From positions 1-36,857 of the forward strand of contig UYFQ01000378.1 in assembly GCA_900617105.1 (NCBI GenBank): 36,857 nucleotides of DNA, given 5' to 3'. Numbering within the stretch: position 1 is the stretch's first letter; every line of letters begins with the position of its first letter. Position numbers and translations under genes: made by a program. Positions 1 through 11,099 of this stretch are shown in pieces. Below the pieces are notes generated by a model, which saw only the letters and a program-made list of their open reading frames with translations, did not search any database and had not been told where the DNA came from. The stretch is from Hydrurus foetidus (Eukaryota).

Positions 1-516
1 TTGGTGGTCCACTCTCGCTGGGTCGGACGGAGTGCCTTGCCATGCCTCGTGCTCTCCATGCCTGTATAATACAATAAGGTCAAAGAGTGAGTCTCCGCAC
101 ATACAAGGATAAACTGAAGGCATCGCATTGCACTCGGGTGCGTCAGCGTAATGCCCGATGATATGGTCGCATGATAAGCACAGCCCAGAACATGGGTATC
201 ATGCGACGATATGCATCACTCAAAACCGCATGCGGGGGGTTCAGACACCCCTGGAACCCCGCTTTCGCTGATCGTCAACACGCGACCGCATGCGTCAGTG
301 ATATTAAGACAGTCAACAACCAGCTGATCTGCCTACTCTCGGTAGCAGCCCCGTGATAATCGCGAGAGGCCGCTGACACAACTACCACAAACACTCATCG
401 TCAACACGCAAAACAGATGAGGTTGTACCAGGCTGCCGATCAAATGATCGACCCGACTAACATTCTGACGTAAATCAGTACACACCTGTGTCGGCAGACA
501 GCACCGCTTCCGGAAG

Positions 517-2113
517 TCAGGACCGCTTGATAACCGCCTTCGTCAGATCAGCTCGAGGAACAGCCGTCAGCGCACCGACAATGTCAAGCAATCGCTGCTT
601 CGACTTGTCCTCTACGGTGATATGCCGATACGTACAGTCATTTCCGAACTTACACGCGTAGGTTCGACCGTCTTTATTTACGGCTCCAAGCAACTGACCT
701 AGATGGCCAACGCATATTCTCGAGTTCGCCTCCTTCTTGTCTTTGGACGGAGTAACGGTAGTGGCCGCCGGCCCCTCCGCTTTCACGCCCGTTGCCTCCT
801 TCTTTGCTGGTGTTTTATCCATCCAAGAAATTGTCGCGGGCCGTATACGCAGACGAAAATACGCGTCTCTCATCACCATGAAAGGGTGATTCGAGAGATC
901 CACGGCCAGCTTGTCAAACAATCCCGAAAGGAACGCCGAGCACAATTCTACAGTCTTGAATGAGAGGCCAGCCTGCAGGTCTGAGCCTCTCACCGTTGAC
1001 ACCTCCCGAAACCACTTCTTGAGGCTCAACTCGACGGAATGCTTTAAAAAATCCGCCGGCACCAGCTCCATCGGTCTGCACACCCCTTCCAGCTTATCGA
1101 TGAAGGATTCCAGAGCCTTCCCAAACACGTCCGAGAAACACGTTTGCAAGACCATTTGCACGTTCTTGAGCACCGTCACCAAGCCCGCGTTGTTGGATGG
1201 GCATGGCGACGGCTTGCACGTGATTTTCTCCCCTGAGATGAAGTCCTCCAGACGCAGCGTGGGTTCACTGTTGTCCGTCAGGACTGAACCGACAAGTAGC
1301 AGTTTGAATTTACCGTTCTCGCCGAGAACCGGTAGTTTCTCGATACGGTTGATAAGGCTGCAGGAGATAAAGGCGGGGGGGTGCCTATCGATGGTTTGCG
1401 TGTCCCCCTGCTCAAACAGCATCCCTCGATAGTACTCCGGCTGCAACGTAACGTCGGATCTGATACTATAACACTGCTTGGCCGCATCCATAACGCGGTA
1501 AGTGAACCACAACTACCTCTCACGTAGGTGCAAATCTGTCTTATTGCGTGTAGGGTGTTCTCCTCCGTCTAAGTATACGATAGACATACCTTTTGTTTTG
1601 CCTGTCGTGTCTTCCGCCTGCTCACCCCCCCCCCCTCCAGTGGGCGAAGACAAGGACGCTTTGCTGACTCCCCCCTCGTCGCACACTCTCCCACAGGCTC
1701 TAGCGACGCACGCACCGCCTGCAACAAACGTGGTTGAGCTACTAGGTAGTGACCCATTGACGGGAACTTAAGTAGCGTTCCGATCGAGATCGGCCGATCC
1801 ACGGTACCCGCCGAGAAATTAGCACAATGACCATATGTCATCCGAGTTTGCGGTTTCTCGTGAACCTGAAAGTACATAGACCCGCTGGACGCGATGAAGG
1901 TGAAATCAAACACCTCGTCCGCCTTGGGTGCGTCCAGCGGGATTACCACAATCGCATTGGCCGGAACATCTGCCGCCGGTACCGATAAGGCCATCTGCAT
2001 CGCATACTGCTCGCCGTTGTCATCGGTGTGGCCCGCTACGATAGAAGCTACGTTCTCCAAGGCTGGGATCACCACGCCACCAGTTTGAACGGAAGAGGCG
2101 GTATTAGACATAA
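517..2113 (-). pseudogene. Decayed gag-like ORF1 with C-terminal CCCH-type finger, probably from a Ngaro/DIRS-like retroelement
   Basis: The 331-aa ORF 517-1512 ends with C-x19-C-x5-C-x3-H (CVGH...CKFGNDCTYRH) after a basic, low-complexity linker. An in-frame TAG at 1513-1515 separates it from an open upstream stretch of the same frame (to about 1770), and a frameshift near 1770 would join ORF 1569-2201 (MSNTASS..., Met near 2113). CCCH fingers in ORF1 are known from Ngaro elements, but no RT or recombinase of this element lies in the window. Confidence 0.45.
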
Positions 2114-2636
2114 CAAAATATGTTAGACTGAATGGACTAAGGCTGATCAAAAGATTGTGAGAGAACACTCTCAACAAAGCGTGTCCATTCCGAGCATGCA
2201 TGCTAAGCTGATGATTTGAAATAACTACTGAATAATTATTTGAAAAACTGATATGACGCGATGATAGTTGGGGGGACTAATGCCCGATGCTTGTCAGTCC
2301 AACGCTGTCATCGTCATCGTCCTCGTCCCGTTGCCCGACATCTCCCCCTCCGCAGCCATTCCTTTAGGGACCGGAACCGGTCAGCGGCCTTTGCTCCTAG
2401 CCGCTCCAGAGAACTCATACTACCGTCCGGTATCCTTTAATGACTTGAACCGAACCCAATTTACAGAATTGAATTTGGTGAGAAACTCGAAAACATCCAG
2501 CCGGTATGCTGTACGGACAAATTCCACACTCAAAAAAGAGCACACCTGCGGCCGGTGACTCTTAAAAAAAGGATACCGCTCGGTAGGATGTGGCAAGGGG
2601 GTATTTTAAAAGGAGAGAGGGCGGATCTCGCACTCA

Positions 2637-2857
2637 GGCCGGTTCTTATGAACAACGGAATTCATTTGAAATAGGAACAGGATTTTGGCTTTTTAATTCC
2701 TGCTTGGTCTCGAACGAGATGTCGGGCCATTTTTCCTGTTCGAACCGAGCTGGAAAAGAAATGGAGCAGGATTTCGAAAGAATTCATAGATCAAAATCAA
2801 GAATTTCGCAAATCCTGTTCTTGTTCGGGGGAATTCCGGTGTACATAAGGACCGGCC
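2637..2857. mobile_element. Non-autonomous PIF/Harbinger (Tourist-like) MITE, copy 1
   Basis: Imperfect 27-bp TIRs: GGCCGGTTCTTATGAACAACGGAATTC at the left, and the right end reads GGCCGGTCCTTATGTACACCGGAATTC on the reverse strand. It is flanked by TCA (2634-2636) and TCA (2858-2860). The right ~124 bp are nearly identical to 9610-9733. Confidence 0.9.
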
Positions 2858-3188
2858 TCAGGCCATTCCTTATGACGGGGGTGCATACAGATACATTTTT
2901 TAAATATTTTGTATGCACCTTTTGTATTTTCTATTTTTTTCCCGGTACATCCTTATGACGCAGCCGTACAACGTACATTTTATCGATTAATTTGTACTCT
3001 GTATCGTTGGAAAACCATCTGTATTTGGTCATTCCTTCAATACAGTTTTTAAGTTAAGGAGTTAAGTCTTATCAGTTCTCACAATTTAAAGGCATCAAAA
3101 TGATTTATAGTGCTCTAGTTCAAGTCAATCTTTGGCACTCAATGATTAGTACCATGCAGAAGAAGGCCAAGAAAAGAGAGAGAAAAGA

Positions 3189-4502
3189 ATGGCCGAAATT
3201 GAAGTTATTCACGAGATTAAAGAGCGAAGGCAAAGAAAGTGGGAAGGTCGTCCAAACTACATGGAGTCAACATGGGGCAGGATGCTTCAAAGCAACAGAA
3301 TCAACGATCCAACCGACCGAAAGGGTGGAAAGTTGTTCAGGCGGCGCTTCAGGGTTCCATACCCAATCTTTCTACAGATTGTAGATTCCACAAAGGCTTC
3401 TGGGCTTTTTCCTGAGAATCCAGACTGTGCTGGAAATCCTGCTGCACCATTGGAGCTGAAGATTTTAGCTGTGCTACGTGTGCTAGGAAGAGGCTACTGC
3501 TTCGACGGGGTGGAGGAGTTAACATGTATTAGTGCTGAAGTGTTAAGAGTGTTCTTCAGGAAGTTCTGTTCTTACTTTGCTCGTGAGAATTTCGTAAGAT
3601 ACTGCAATCCTCCTTCGACTCCCGCAGAAATAGCTGAGTGCACTGGAATTTATGAAAGGTTGGGCTTACCTGGGTGTATCGGCAGTACTGACTGCGTACA
3701 CATTCGGTGGGAGAGATGTCATGCTTCAGAGAGGTCCAATCACAAAGGCAAAGAGGGTTACGCGACATTGTCCTATGAGGTCACGGTGGACCACAGGAAA
3801 AAAATCATCGCAGCCACCTCTGGTCACCCTGGATGCCGTAACGACAAAACCATTGTCAAATTCTATGGTTTCGTTACAGCGATTCATGACGAAGGCCTCT
3901 ACAGTGGTGTAGAGTTTGATCTAAAGAAGACCGATGGAAGCGTAATCAAAGAGAAGGGGCTGTACCTTATCGTGGATGGAGGATACCACAAGTGGAGATG
4001 CCTCCAGTGTCCACTCAAGCACACATCTATTCCAAAGGATGCTTTGTGGAGCAAATGGGTAGAGTCAGTTAGGAAAGATGTCGAATGCGTGTTTGGTATT
4101 CTAAAAGGTAGATTTAGATGTCTTAAATTGCCCATCTATCTTCATGATCAAAATGTTATTGATGACATGTTCTTCACCTGCTGCATATTGCATAACATGC
4201 TATTGACGGAGGATGGGTATGATAGGAGATGGGAGCATGGGGTGAATTGGGCGGGTCAGGCAGGCAATCATGAGGAGAGTGAAATGCCTGAAATTTTTAG
4301 ACAACATTACATTCGTTCACGTAATGCCACAGCCACAACTGATTATTCCTTGATTGGTTTCAATGCTGTCATGAACAATTATGCCATTACTCATCATGAT
4401 GTTGAGGAGGAAGTTGAAATCACCCAAGAAACTTTACGCCGTAGACTAATTGATCACTTTGGATACTGCTATCAAAGAAATGAGATTAATTGGTTGTCAT
4501 GA
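3189..4502 (+). CDS. PIF/Harbinger DDE transposase (HARBI1-like / plant transposon protein family), 437 aa
   Basis: Family motifs FRRRFR, LRVLGRG (HTH region), GSTDCVH (D), GCRND, VDGGY (D), RKDVECVFGILKGRF (E) and CCILHN are present and the catalytic triad is intact. The true start may lie further upstream (about 3100) if the 5' end is mutated. Confidence 0.93.
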   Translation: MAEIEVIHEIKERRQRKWEGRPNYMESTWGRMLQSNRINDPTDRKGGKLFRRRFRVPYPIFLQIVDSTKASGLFPENPDCAGNPAAPLELKILAVLRVLGRGYCFDGVEELTCISAEVLRVFFRKFCSYFARENFVRYCNPPSTPAEIAECTGIYERLGLPGCIGSTDCVHIRWERCHASERSNHKGKEGYATLSYEVTVDHRKKIIAATSGHPGCRNDKTIVKFYGFVTAIHDEGLYSGVEFDLKKTDGSVIKEKGLYLIVDGGYHKWRCLQCPLKHTSIPKDALWSKWVESVRKDVECVFGILKGRFRCLKLPIYLHDQNVIDDMFFTCCILHNMLLTEDGYDRRWEHGVNWAGQAGNHEESEMPEIFRQHYIRSRNATATTDYSLIGFNAVMNNYAITHHDVEEEVEITQETLRRRLIDHFGYCYQRNEINWLS

Positions 4503-4526
4503 TTAAATTATTAATTATAAAAATTG

Positions 4527-6605
4527 TTATCCTCTTTTACGTCTCAATCTCTTCCTTGCTTCGGTGTGCTGTGTAAAGACATCGGCGTCATCACTATCGC
4601 TATCAACTAGTTGAGATGATGCAGATGATGAACTAGCTAGTTGATTCAACGTGGAGGATTTGGATTGGCGGGTGGTTGGTTTAGTATTGGATTTGACATT
4701 CATATTTAATGGTGGATAGGTTTTATTTTGAGTATTGCGTTGATTGAGTAGGCGTTCATTCTGTTGTTGGAGAGGTTGAGTGATAGAGGGGATTTTTCTT
4801 CTGCGATTGAGTTCTTGCTGGGTAATAGGGATGAATGGAGTGATGTGTTCAGGTACAGTTGAATAAGTGAGGGATGGCGTTGCTCGGTGGAAATCGTTCT
4901 CAAGCGGAAGAGATTGTGTGAATATAGGAGTATTACTTTGTGATGCAGTAGATTGAACAGTAGAAAGGGGGTTGGATAATCGATTGTTATGAAATTGATG
5001 GGGTTCATTAACAGATGTAGCGGGTTTGCGATATTGAGTGAATTGAGGAGATAGTGCGTTAGAGACATGTGCTAGTGAAGGTGATACAGTTAATTGTGAT
5101 TGGGAATTTACAGGTACTGGGTTAAATTGCAGGTTAGTATTATAGGAAGAATTTGTTTGTTGGTAGGATTGATTGTTCAATGATTCATCGTACTCATCAC
5201 GCAGTTGAGTCAATTCAGGATCATCTTGTAAGAGAAGATATGATTCATCATCATAATTATACTGATTATTTTCCAGTGAGTCTACATCATCACCAAGCTT
5301 CTCAAGTTCCTTTACCCCCCGTTTACGTTTGGGTCTTGAGACTCGACTTGACTCTGACCTCTCTTCCACACTAGCATCGTTATCCTCGTCTTCGTCTCCC
5401 AAAATAACGCAGTCATCGTCTATAAATAATAGTTGTCAATTAACATTTATGTTCTTGATGGAAAAGATTGAGGTAGGAGTGAGTTACCTGATGATTCCAA
5501 TACTCCATGGATAGGTGCTTCTGATTCTAGGAAATCAGTAAGCTTCTTAAGACGAATCGCCTTGATTCCGTCGTCGGTCGCGAGGTCCAGAAGGAGCTTC
5601 AGCTCCAGTACCTTCTTGGCCCGAAATTCAACCTCCCCGGTGAACTTGATGCTGAGTCCTATTTGCTTCTGGATCTTGTGATCTTTCTTGTCCAGCACTT
5701 GAATAGCAGAGGGAAGCTTCATCAAGGCCAGTCTAGTCGCCTGCCCTTTCGCTGCTTCGATCCGTCGTTGCTCCTTGCGACTCTTCTTCTTCAGAGGCTC
5801 TCCAGTAACCGACACAGTTGATGAAGGTCCATTGCTCAATCTGTCAAAGTAAAGTTTTAAATTTTGCCAGCGTTATCCCTGTAAACTTGTCTATTTGGTT
5901 ACAACATCAACGGACTTTAAGAAAACAAGCATATGTTGAAACGAATAATATTTCATGTGGTTGGAGAGATTGAGGGCATAATATGATCGGTTATATAAAG
6001 GATGCTTGAATTGAATTGAATTGAATTGAATAGGCATTCATGATACATTACCTGGCATTCATAGAGTCCACAGGATTGGGAGATCCGGCGCCGTAAGTGA
6101 CGAATGACTCCCATTCAGGAGGATACCATGAGTCGACGAAGATATGACGCTTGTATCCTTTCAAGGCTTTGGACTTCTTCTCAGATATGTCTTCATACAT
6201 TTCGTAGATTTCTCTCCGAACCGCAGTCAGAATCTCGGCAAAAGTCTTCCCCGAGGGAGGGTTGCCTCCAGGTAACTTCTTCGATAGTAAAGGCGCGAAA
6301 TCATTCATCAGAATTAGCCTTATCTCCTTGTACTTTCTCCAAAGAGTAGCGCCAGTATGCAAATCGTTAGCCTCGAGACGAGAAACATCGATGAAGTAGT
6401 TCTTTGTCCGCATGAACCCACTGCGATCGAAGCCAAGAAAGGATGGCGGAAGGAATACAGCCTTCACGGCTTCAGAAAACTCATGTAGGATCTGCTGCTC
6501 AATATTAAACATCCCCTTCTCCTTTGATTGACTTACGGCGAGACCAGCTTTCATTATCAGAAGGAATTGTTTGGATTTGATGTCATTCACACCCAAACTA
6601 TTCAT
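4527..6605 (-). CDS. Harbinger accessory protein (ORF2) of E1, three exons, predicted 599 aa
   Basis: Three ORF-track pieces join in frame via GT-AG introns 6051-5841 and 5487-5420, giving exons 6605-6052, 5840-5488 and 5419-4527 (1800 nt in total). The protein has a globular N-terminus (TGATLWRK, PSG, WYP...YG), a low-complexity S/Q/N tail and a basic C-terminal NLS-like RKRLRRKRG. Confidence 0.8.
5857..5936 (-). other. Conserved intronic non-coding element, copy 1 (candidate structured RNA or cis-element)
   Basis: Sense-strand blocks ACATATGCTTGTTTTCTTAAAGTCCGTTGATGTT and TTTACAGGGATAACGCTGGCAAAATTTAA match 7812-7897 at 30/34 and 28/29 positions. The similarity is certain; the function is unknown. 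Confidence 0.8.
6008..6031. repeat. (GAATT)n microsatellite in intron 1 of E1 ORF2
   Basis: gaattgaattgaattgaattgaat is seen directly. Confidence 0.9.
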
Positions 6606-7088
6606 TGCTGAGATCAGGAAAGGTTTTTGGTTGCTGCAATGCGGAGTTATATGACTTTAAGTGAAGTCAGGATATAAACTGTATCGGCTGTTGTATTCCG
6701 AATCCTCATACAGTAGAAACCCGATTCTACTGTACGGGAATTTATTTTGAACTGGATACAACAGGTTTTTTATACAAGGAACTCGTCATAAGGATGGTAC
6801 TATACAGTTTTTTTGCGAAAAAAACGTATTATACGGGCGTCATAAGGAATGGCCTTAGGCCATTCCTTATGACGCGGGTAAAACGAAATACGAAATACAA
6901 ATCAACTAAAAGTCCATTTTTGTACTTCGTATTTCGTCCAGTCACGTTTGTTATGATACGACGAAATACAAAATTAATCGTTTTTGTAATTCGTATGGTT
7001 GTCGTTCCGTATGCAATTTCGAAATACTAAACACATATCTGAGTCAGCTGTCGACAATACTCGTAGTCATTATTATATTATTCAAACG

Positions 7089-9025
7089 ATGAAGCGTTCC
7101 GCCGCTCCTAGTAATACGCATCCTTCGGGAGCGTCCAAGAAAATGAAGCCGACGAAAGTCGTCGAGTCTTCCGTTGTCAAGAAGGAAATAAAGCCTCTGA
7201 AGGTCGTTGCTAAATCTGGTCCGCCACCTCCGATCAACGCAAAACAGCAGAAAGCTTTCCACCATCTGTTGTCAGCAGCAGCGTACAACTCGGTACTGGA
7301 AGGAATCACGGACAGCACTGAGGACTTAGAGAATTATGTGCTCGATATTATCATGGATTCGATGAAGATAACATCGGCATAGCTGCTAGTTTTCTCCAGG
7401 GCGACGGACGATTCGGCGTCTTATGGGATGACAACGTTATTGCTCCAGGCTTTGGTCATTTGTCTGGATTGTCTCATGCACAACTGAGCTATTACATCCT
7501 TCGTCCAACGCTCAAAGGCAAAAATTTGATAACGGGCCGACAAATTCTTGAGAAAGGCAGAGCGTGTTTGATGGAAGCGAAAAAAATGTTGGCATTGTGG
7601 ATTGAGTTTCTAATCGATGGTCAAATGCCGAGTGGAATGAATGAAAATAATGCTTTACAGCATGTCTTGAAGAGAGCGCGTGCTCTGACCTCCAATGAGG
7701 TGGTGGAAGACGATGTCAATGATGAGGATATAGACGATCAAGGCGATCAAGGGGCGTCAGGTAAAAACTTCTTCATTAGTGACTTTTGTATGCATTTCAA
7801 CATTTTATTTGACATATGGATGTTTTCGCAAAGTCCGTTGATGTTATTATATTTTTAAATCAAGTCAATTTACAGGGAAAACGCTGGCAAAATTTAATTC
7901 ATGCTATACCTTACTTTTATAGATGACGACGTGAATGACAATGAGTTTGATGACGAAGAGGAAGATGTGAAGGAAAAGAAAGTGGTTAAAAAAGAGATTT
8001 CACAATCTTTAAACAACTTCTATCCAGCGTGTACCTTATTCTTCATCCTCTACGGCCCTTATGGAGTTATGGCAGACAATTTCGATATCACTCCATGCCT
8101 CTCTATCGACTCTAAGGGAATAGATGAGCAAGCGAAACGATACAAGAATATGAACTGTGCCAACAACGCATCAACCAAGATCAAGATGATCAATCAGGAC
8201 AGGGATACAGAACCCGGACGAGGCATGTCAGCCCATCACATTGAGAAATTTGGTATTGCCCGTGAGGAGACAAGTGTGATAAAGGATCAATTTTACCGCA
8301 AGAATCTTATGGAGAGTTTCACTGTGGCGAAAAAAATGGCGGGCCGTTCCATTAATACCCAGGAAGAAACAGATCATTGGTATCATATCATGGATGAATA
8401 CGCTCGAGAAATTTCCCCCACCCTATTGCTACCTAAAACTGTTATCCCACCATCAAAAGTCTCATCAGTCCGAACGATCCCGGCTCCGGAAACAATCCCT
8501 CAGACGAAGACAACCATTGCCTCTAAGCTTAATTCCGTGGTTCAGAAACTATATGTTACAAAAGAATTGGAAACCATACCTGCTAAAATTGTTGTTCTAA
8601 CCCAGGACTCTGAGTACTATGATCCTAATGACTTTATCGTAGGGGAACCAGAAAGAGAGAAAATGTTTCCTATAACTGTGAGTAGAGAGAGAATATTGAA
8701 GGAGATAAGGGAGAAGGAAAAGAGAGAGGAAGAAGACAGACGAAATAAAGACGAAGAAGAAGACACAGAGGGGGAACTAGAGTTCATACAGCCATATCCC
8801 AATACTATCAAAACCGTGAATCCTTACCCACCAAGAGATTCCTTGACCATAAGTGAGAGAGAGCAACGAGATCGTGAAGACGAGGAATACCTGGCACAAG
8901 AGCGTATCAGGAGAGACGTGGCGAACAACATTGCATGTGCGAAACATTACGGCACTACCAGTTCCACGATCTCAAAAGTGAAGACAAGAGGCGTAACAAG
9001 AAGTACAATTTCTAAGATGGTTTAA
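7089..9025 (+). pseudogene. Harbinger accessory protein (ORF2) of E2, spliced, with a disruption near 7380
   Basis: ATG at 7089, stop or frameshift at about 7380, then ORF 7460 joins ORF 7901-9025 in frame via GT-AG intron 7761-7922. Motifs TGRQILEK, GQMPSG and FYP...LYG parallel TGATLWRK, GNPPSG and WYP...TYG of E1 ORF2. Confidence 0.75.
7812..7897 (+). other. Conserved intronic non-coding element, copy 2
   Basis: ACATATGGATGTTTTCGCAAAGTCCGTTGATGTT...TTTACAGGGAAAACGCTGGCAAAATTTAA lies in intron 7761-7922, in the same sense relative to its gene as copy 1. Confidence 0.8.
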
Positions 9026-9059
9026 TATGTTTTATTTACAATTCAATAATATTTTATTA

Positions 9060-10772
9060 ATTTACTTTTCATTTTGCCTGTTCTTGAAGGCCATACTATC
9101 TTTAACTGCCCACCTCCTATGAAAACTAGTTACTAATTTTTCTCTAAAATCTTTATTTCTCATTCTTAATATTTTATGAGTCTTTTCTTCTCCACTATTT
9201 TTATTTCTAAATGAGTATTACATAAATCATTGCCTCGGGCAAATTGTGAAGTATCAAGTTCTCTTATATCACATCCATCTCTTACTCTACGAAATATAAG
9301 TGGGGCATAAGTTTCAACATCACCTACAGCATGCCACCCTAATTTACCTTCAAAAGGACTTGGTACACCTTTTTTCTACTTCTTGTCTAATCCATCAACA
9401 TTCAGTAACATGTTGTGTAGGGCACAGCAAGTAAACCAAATGTTATCAGCAGCTTCGATCCCATGAACTCTGATTCCTGATTTTAAAATTCTCCATCTCC
9501 CTATAAATATAGTGATTATATATTAAATATATTGATAAATTTTAAATATATCATTATCTATTAGGCCGGTCATCCCATTCATTTGAACAGATTTCTGATT
9601 TTAAAATTCTCCTGTTCGAACCGAGCTGGAAAAAAAATGGAGCAGGATTTCGAGAGAATTCATAGATCAAAATCAAGAATTTCGCAAATCCTGTTCTTGT
9701 TCGGGGGAATTCCGGTGTACATAAGGACCGGCCTTACCTTTTAATATCCCAAAGGTGCATTCGCCATCTTTTCTCATAGACTCGGCCCATTTGGACCAAC
9801 GCTCTTCTTTCTTCGACTGTGAACGTTTGAAGGGACATATAAGTGTGGGCCAATTTAAATATCCCCCATCCGCAAGGATCCAGGCCCCAGTATAATTTTC
9901 ATCTTTTCCCTCGCTATCTTTCAGTGTAAATTGATGATCATTCAAGTATGTACCATTCTGCATGTCAGTCACAAACCCATCAAATCGCACTATAGTCATA
10001 TCATTCCATCTTCCGGGATATCCAACTGTTGACGCAATAATCTGGCGTCGATGATTGGCCACGATTTGGAATGCACGCGTCGTATGAGAACTTTTCCCTC
10101 CTAAATTCTGATTCTTAAGCTTGTAGTGGCACCTCTCCAATATGATATGTGTAACATCCGCTGACCCAATACACCCATCAAAACCAGCCTCAGCATATTC
10201 AGACATACAGTCTTCTATCTCCTCAGGGGTTTCCGGCCTCTTCACCCACTTGGGATAGAGATGTTTGCGGCATGCTACAACGAATACTTTGAAGAATCGA
10301 CGATGTACTTCTTCAGAGACGCTTGTAGCCTCGTAGAGGTCATCGAAAGTCCAGCCCCTTCCCAGGTAACGCAGTGCTCCCAAAATCAATATTTCCAGTA
10401 AAATGCCCATCTCCCCAAGAGCGTTACGTCTTTCATAATCAGGAAACCACTTATCTTCTCTAGCCTCCCTCACTAGATCTAAGAATGCAGTGTGAGGCAT
10501 TCTAAATCTTCTTCTAAATAGGTTCATATGCTTCATAGTGGTTGATCAGGGAATCTGACGTATCTGCGATACCAATCTGACTCAAAGCAGTCATTAGGAT
10601 TGTATCCTTCGTTATTCCTGTTACGAAAGGGCATTTTCTTTGGTGGAACTGGTTCGGCAGCCTCGTTTTCTTCCAATAGCTCATCGCGCCTCTTCTTAAA
10701 GACGACATAATTTTCCAAATCTGGATACCCATCCTCACCAATGCAGTCCCGAAGTTTTGGTGACTTTTCCAT
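9060..10772 (-). pseudogene. PIF/Harbinger DDE transposase of E2 (frameshifts, premature stop, one intron)
   Basis: Motifs FRRRFR, LRYLGRG, GSADVTH, GRWND, ADGGY and RKDGECTFGILKG are present. Intron 9737-9501 restores ...ILKG|RWRILKSG...WFTCCALHNMLL. There is a frameshift at about 10535, a TAG at about 9376-9378 and further shifts near the 3' end. The 3' coordinate is approximate. Confidence 0.88.
9564..9733. mobile_element. PIF/Harbinger MITE copy 2 (170 bp, left arm deleted or diverged), inside the E2 transposase intron
   Basis: Ends are GGCCGGTC...GACCGGCC with a TTA target duplication (9561-9563 and 9734-9736). The segment 9610-9733 is nearly identical to 2734-2857. Confidence 0.9.
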
Positions 10773-11099
10773 AGCTTCAACTTAGTTGTTAATGCTTAAA
10801 ACTGATGATTACTTAAATTTAATGTGAATAATTCCTATTCTGTCACGCCATTTTGTCACGGAGAATCTGGAGCCAAATTTTGTCAAACAACTGCCCGGAT
10901 GATCACGAAAAACATTATTTTTCATTTTCCATTTCGGATCCTCCACCATAACAAACGAGGACCCGGAGGATTACGGTGTTTTTCTACAAAATCCAATATT
11001 TTTCGCCGGAATACTTCGCCGACCCTGGATCCACAAGATTCTGTCATAGCTGGCAGTGATTTCCACTCCGCCAAAGCATTAGTCGACAACGCTTTTAAA

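Larger units (their letters stand above)
2861..6854. mobile_element. PIF/Harbinger DNA transposon E1 (3994 bp, two convergent genes)
   Basis: Perfect 17-bp TIRs GGCCATTCCTTATGACG (2861-2877) and CGTCATAAGGAATGGCC (6838-6854). Subterminal copies of the TIR core lie at 2949-2960 and 6784-6795. The 3-bp flanks are TCA and TTA. It encodes a DDE transposase plus a second ORF, the typical Harbinger layout. Confidence 0.93.

Noticed and set aside
703..1771. Plus-strand ORFs 703-963, 911-1432 and 1502-1771
   Set aside because: They are antisense shadows of the minus-strand gag-like reading frame.
2590..2958. 122-aa ORF (and similar ORFs at 6794-7030 and 11455-11637)
   Set aside because: These run across TIRs, MITEs or repeats with no protein features, so they are spurious.
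5857..5936. C/D or H/ACA snoRNA, hammerhead ribozyme, or rRNA fragment
   Set aside because: TGATGT resembles a C box but there is no CTGA D box, no CUGAUGA/GAAA hammerhead core and no terminal ACA box. The ACAGGGATAAC resemblance to LSU rRNA is only 11 nt and is not kept in copy 2.
5955..5970. Intron segment GCCCTCAATCTCTCC as a guide matching the flank at about 2611-2622 (GCCCTCTCTCC on the minus strand)
   Set aside because: The match is short, gapped and low-complexity, so it is expected by chance.
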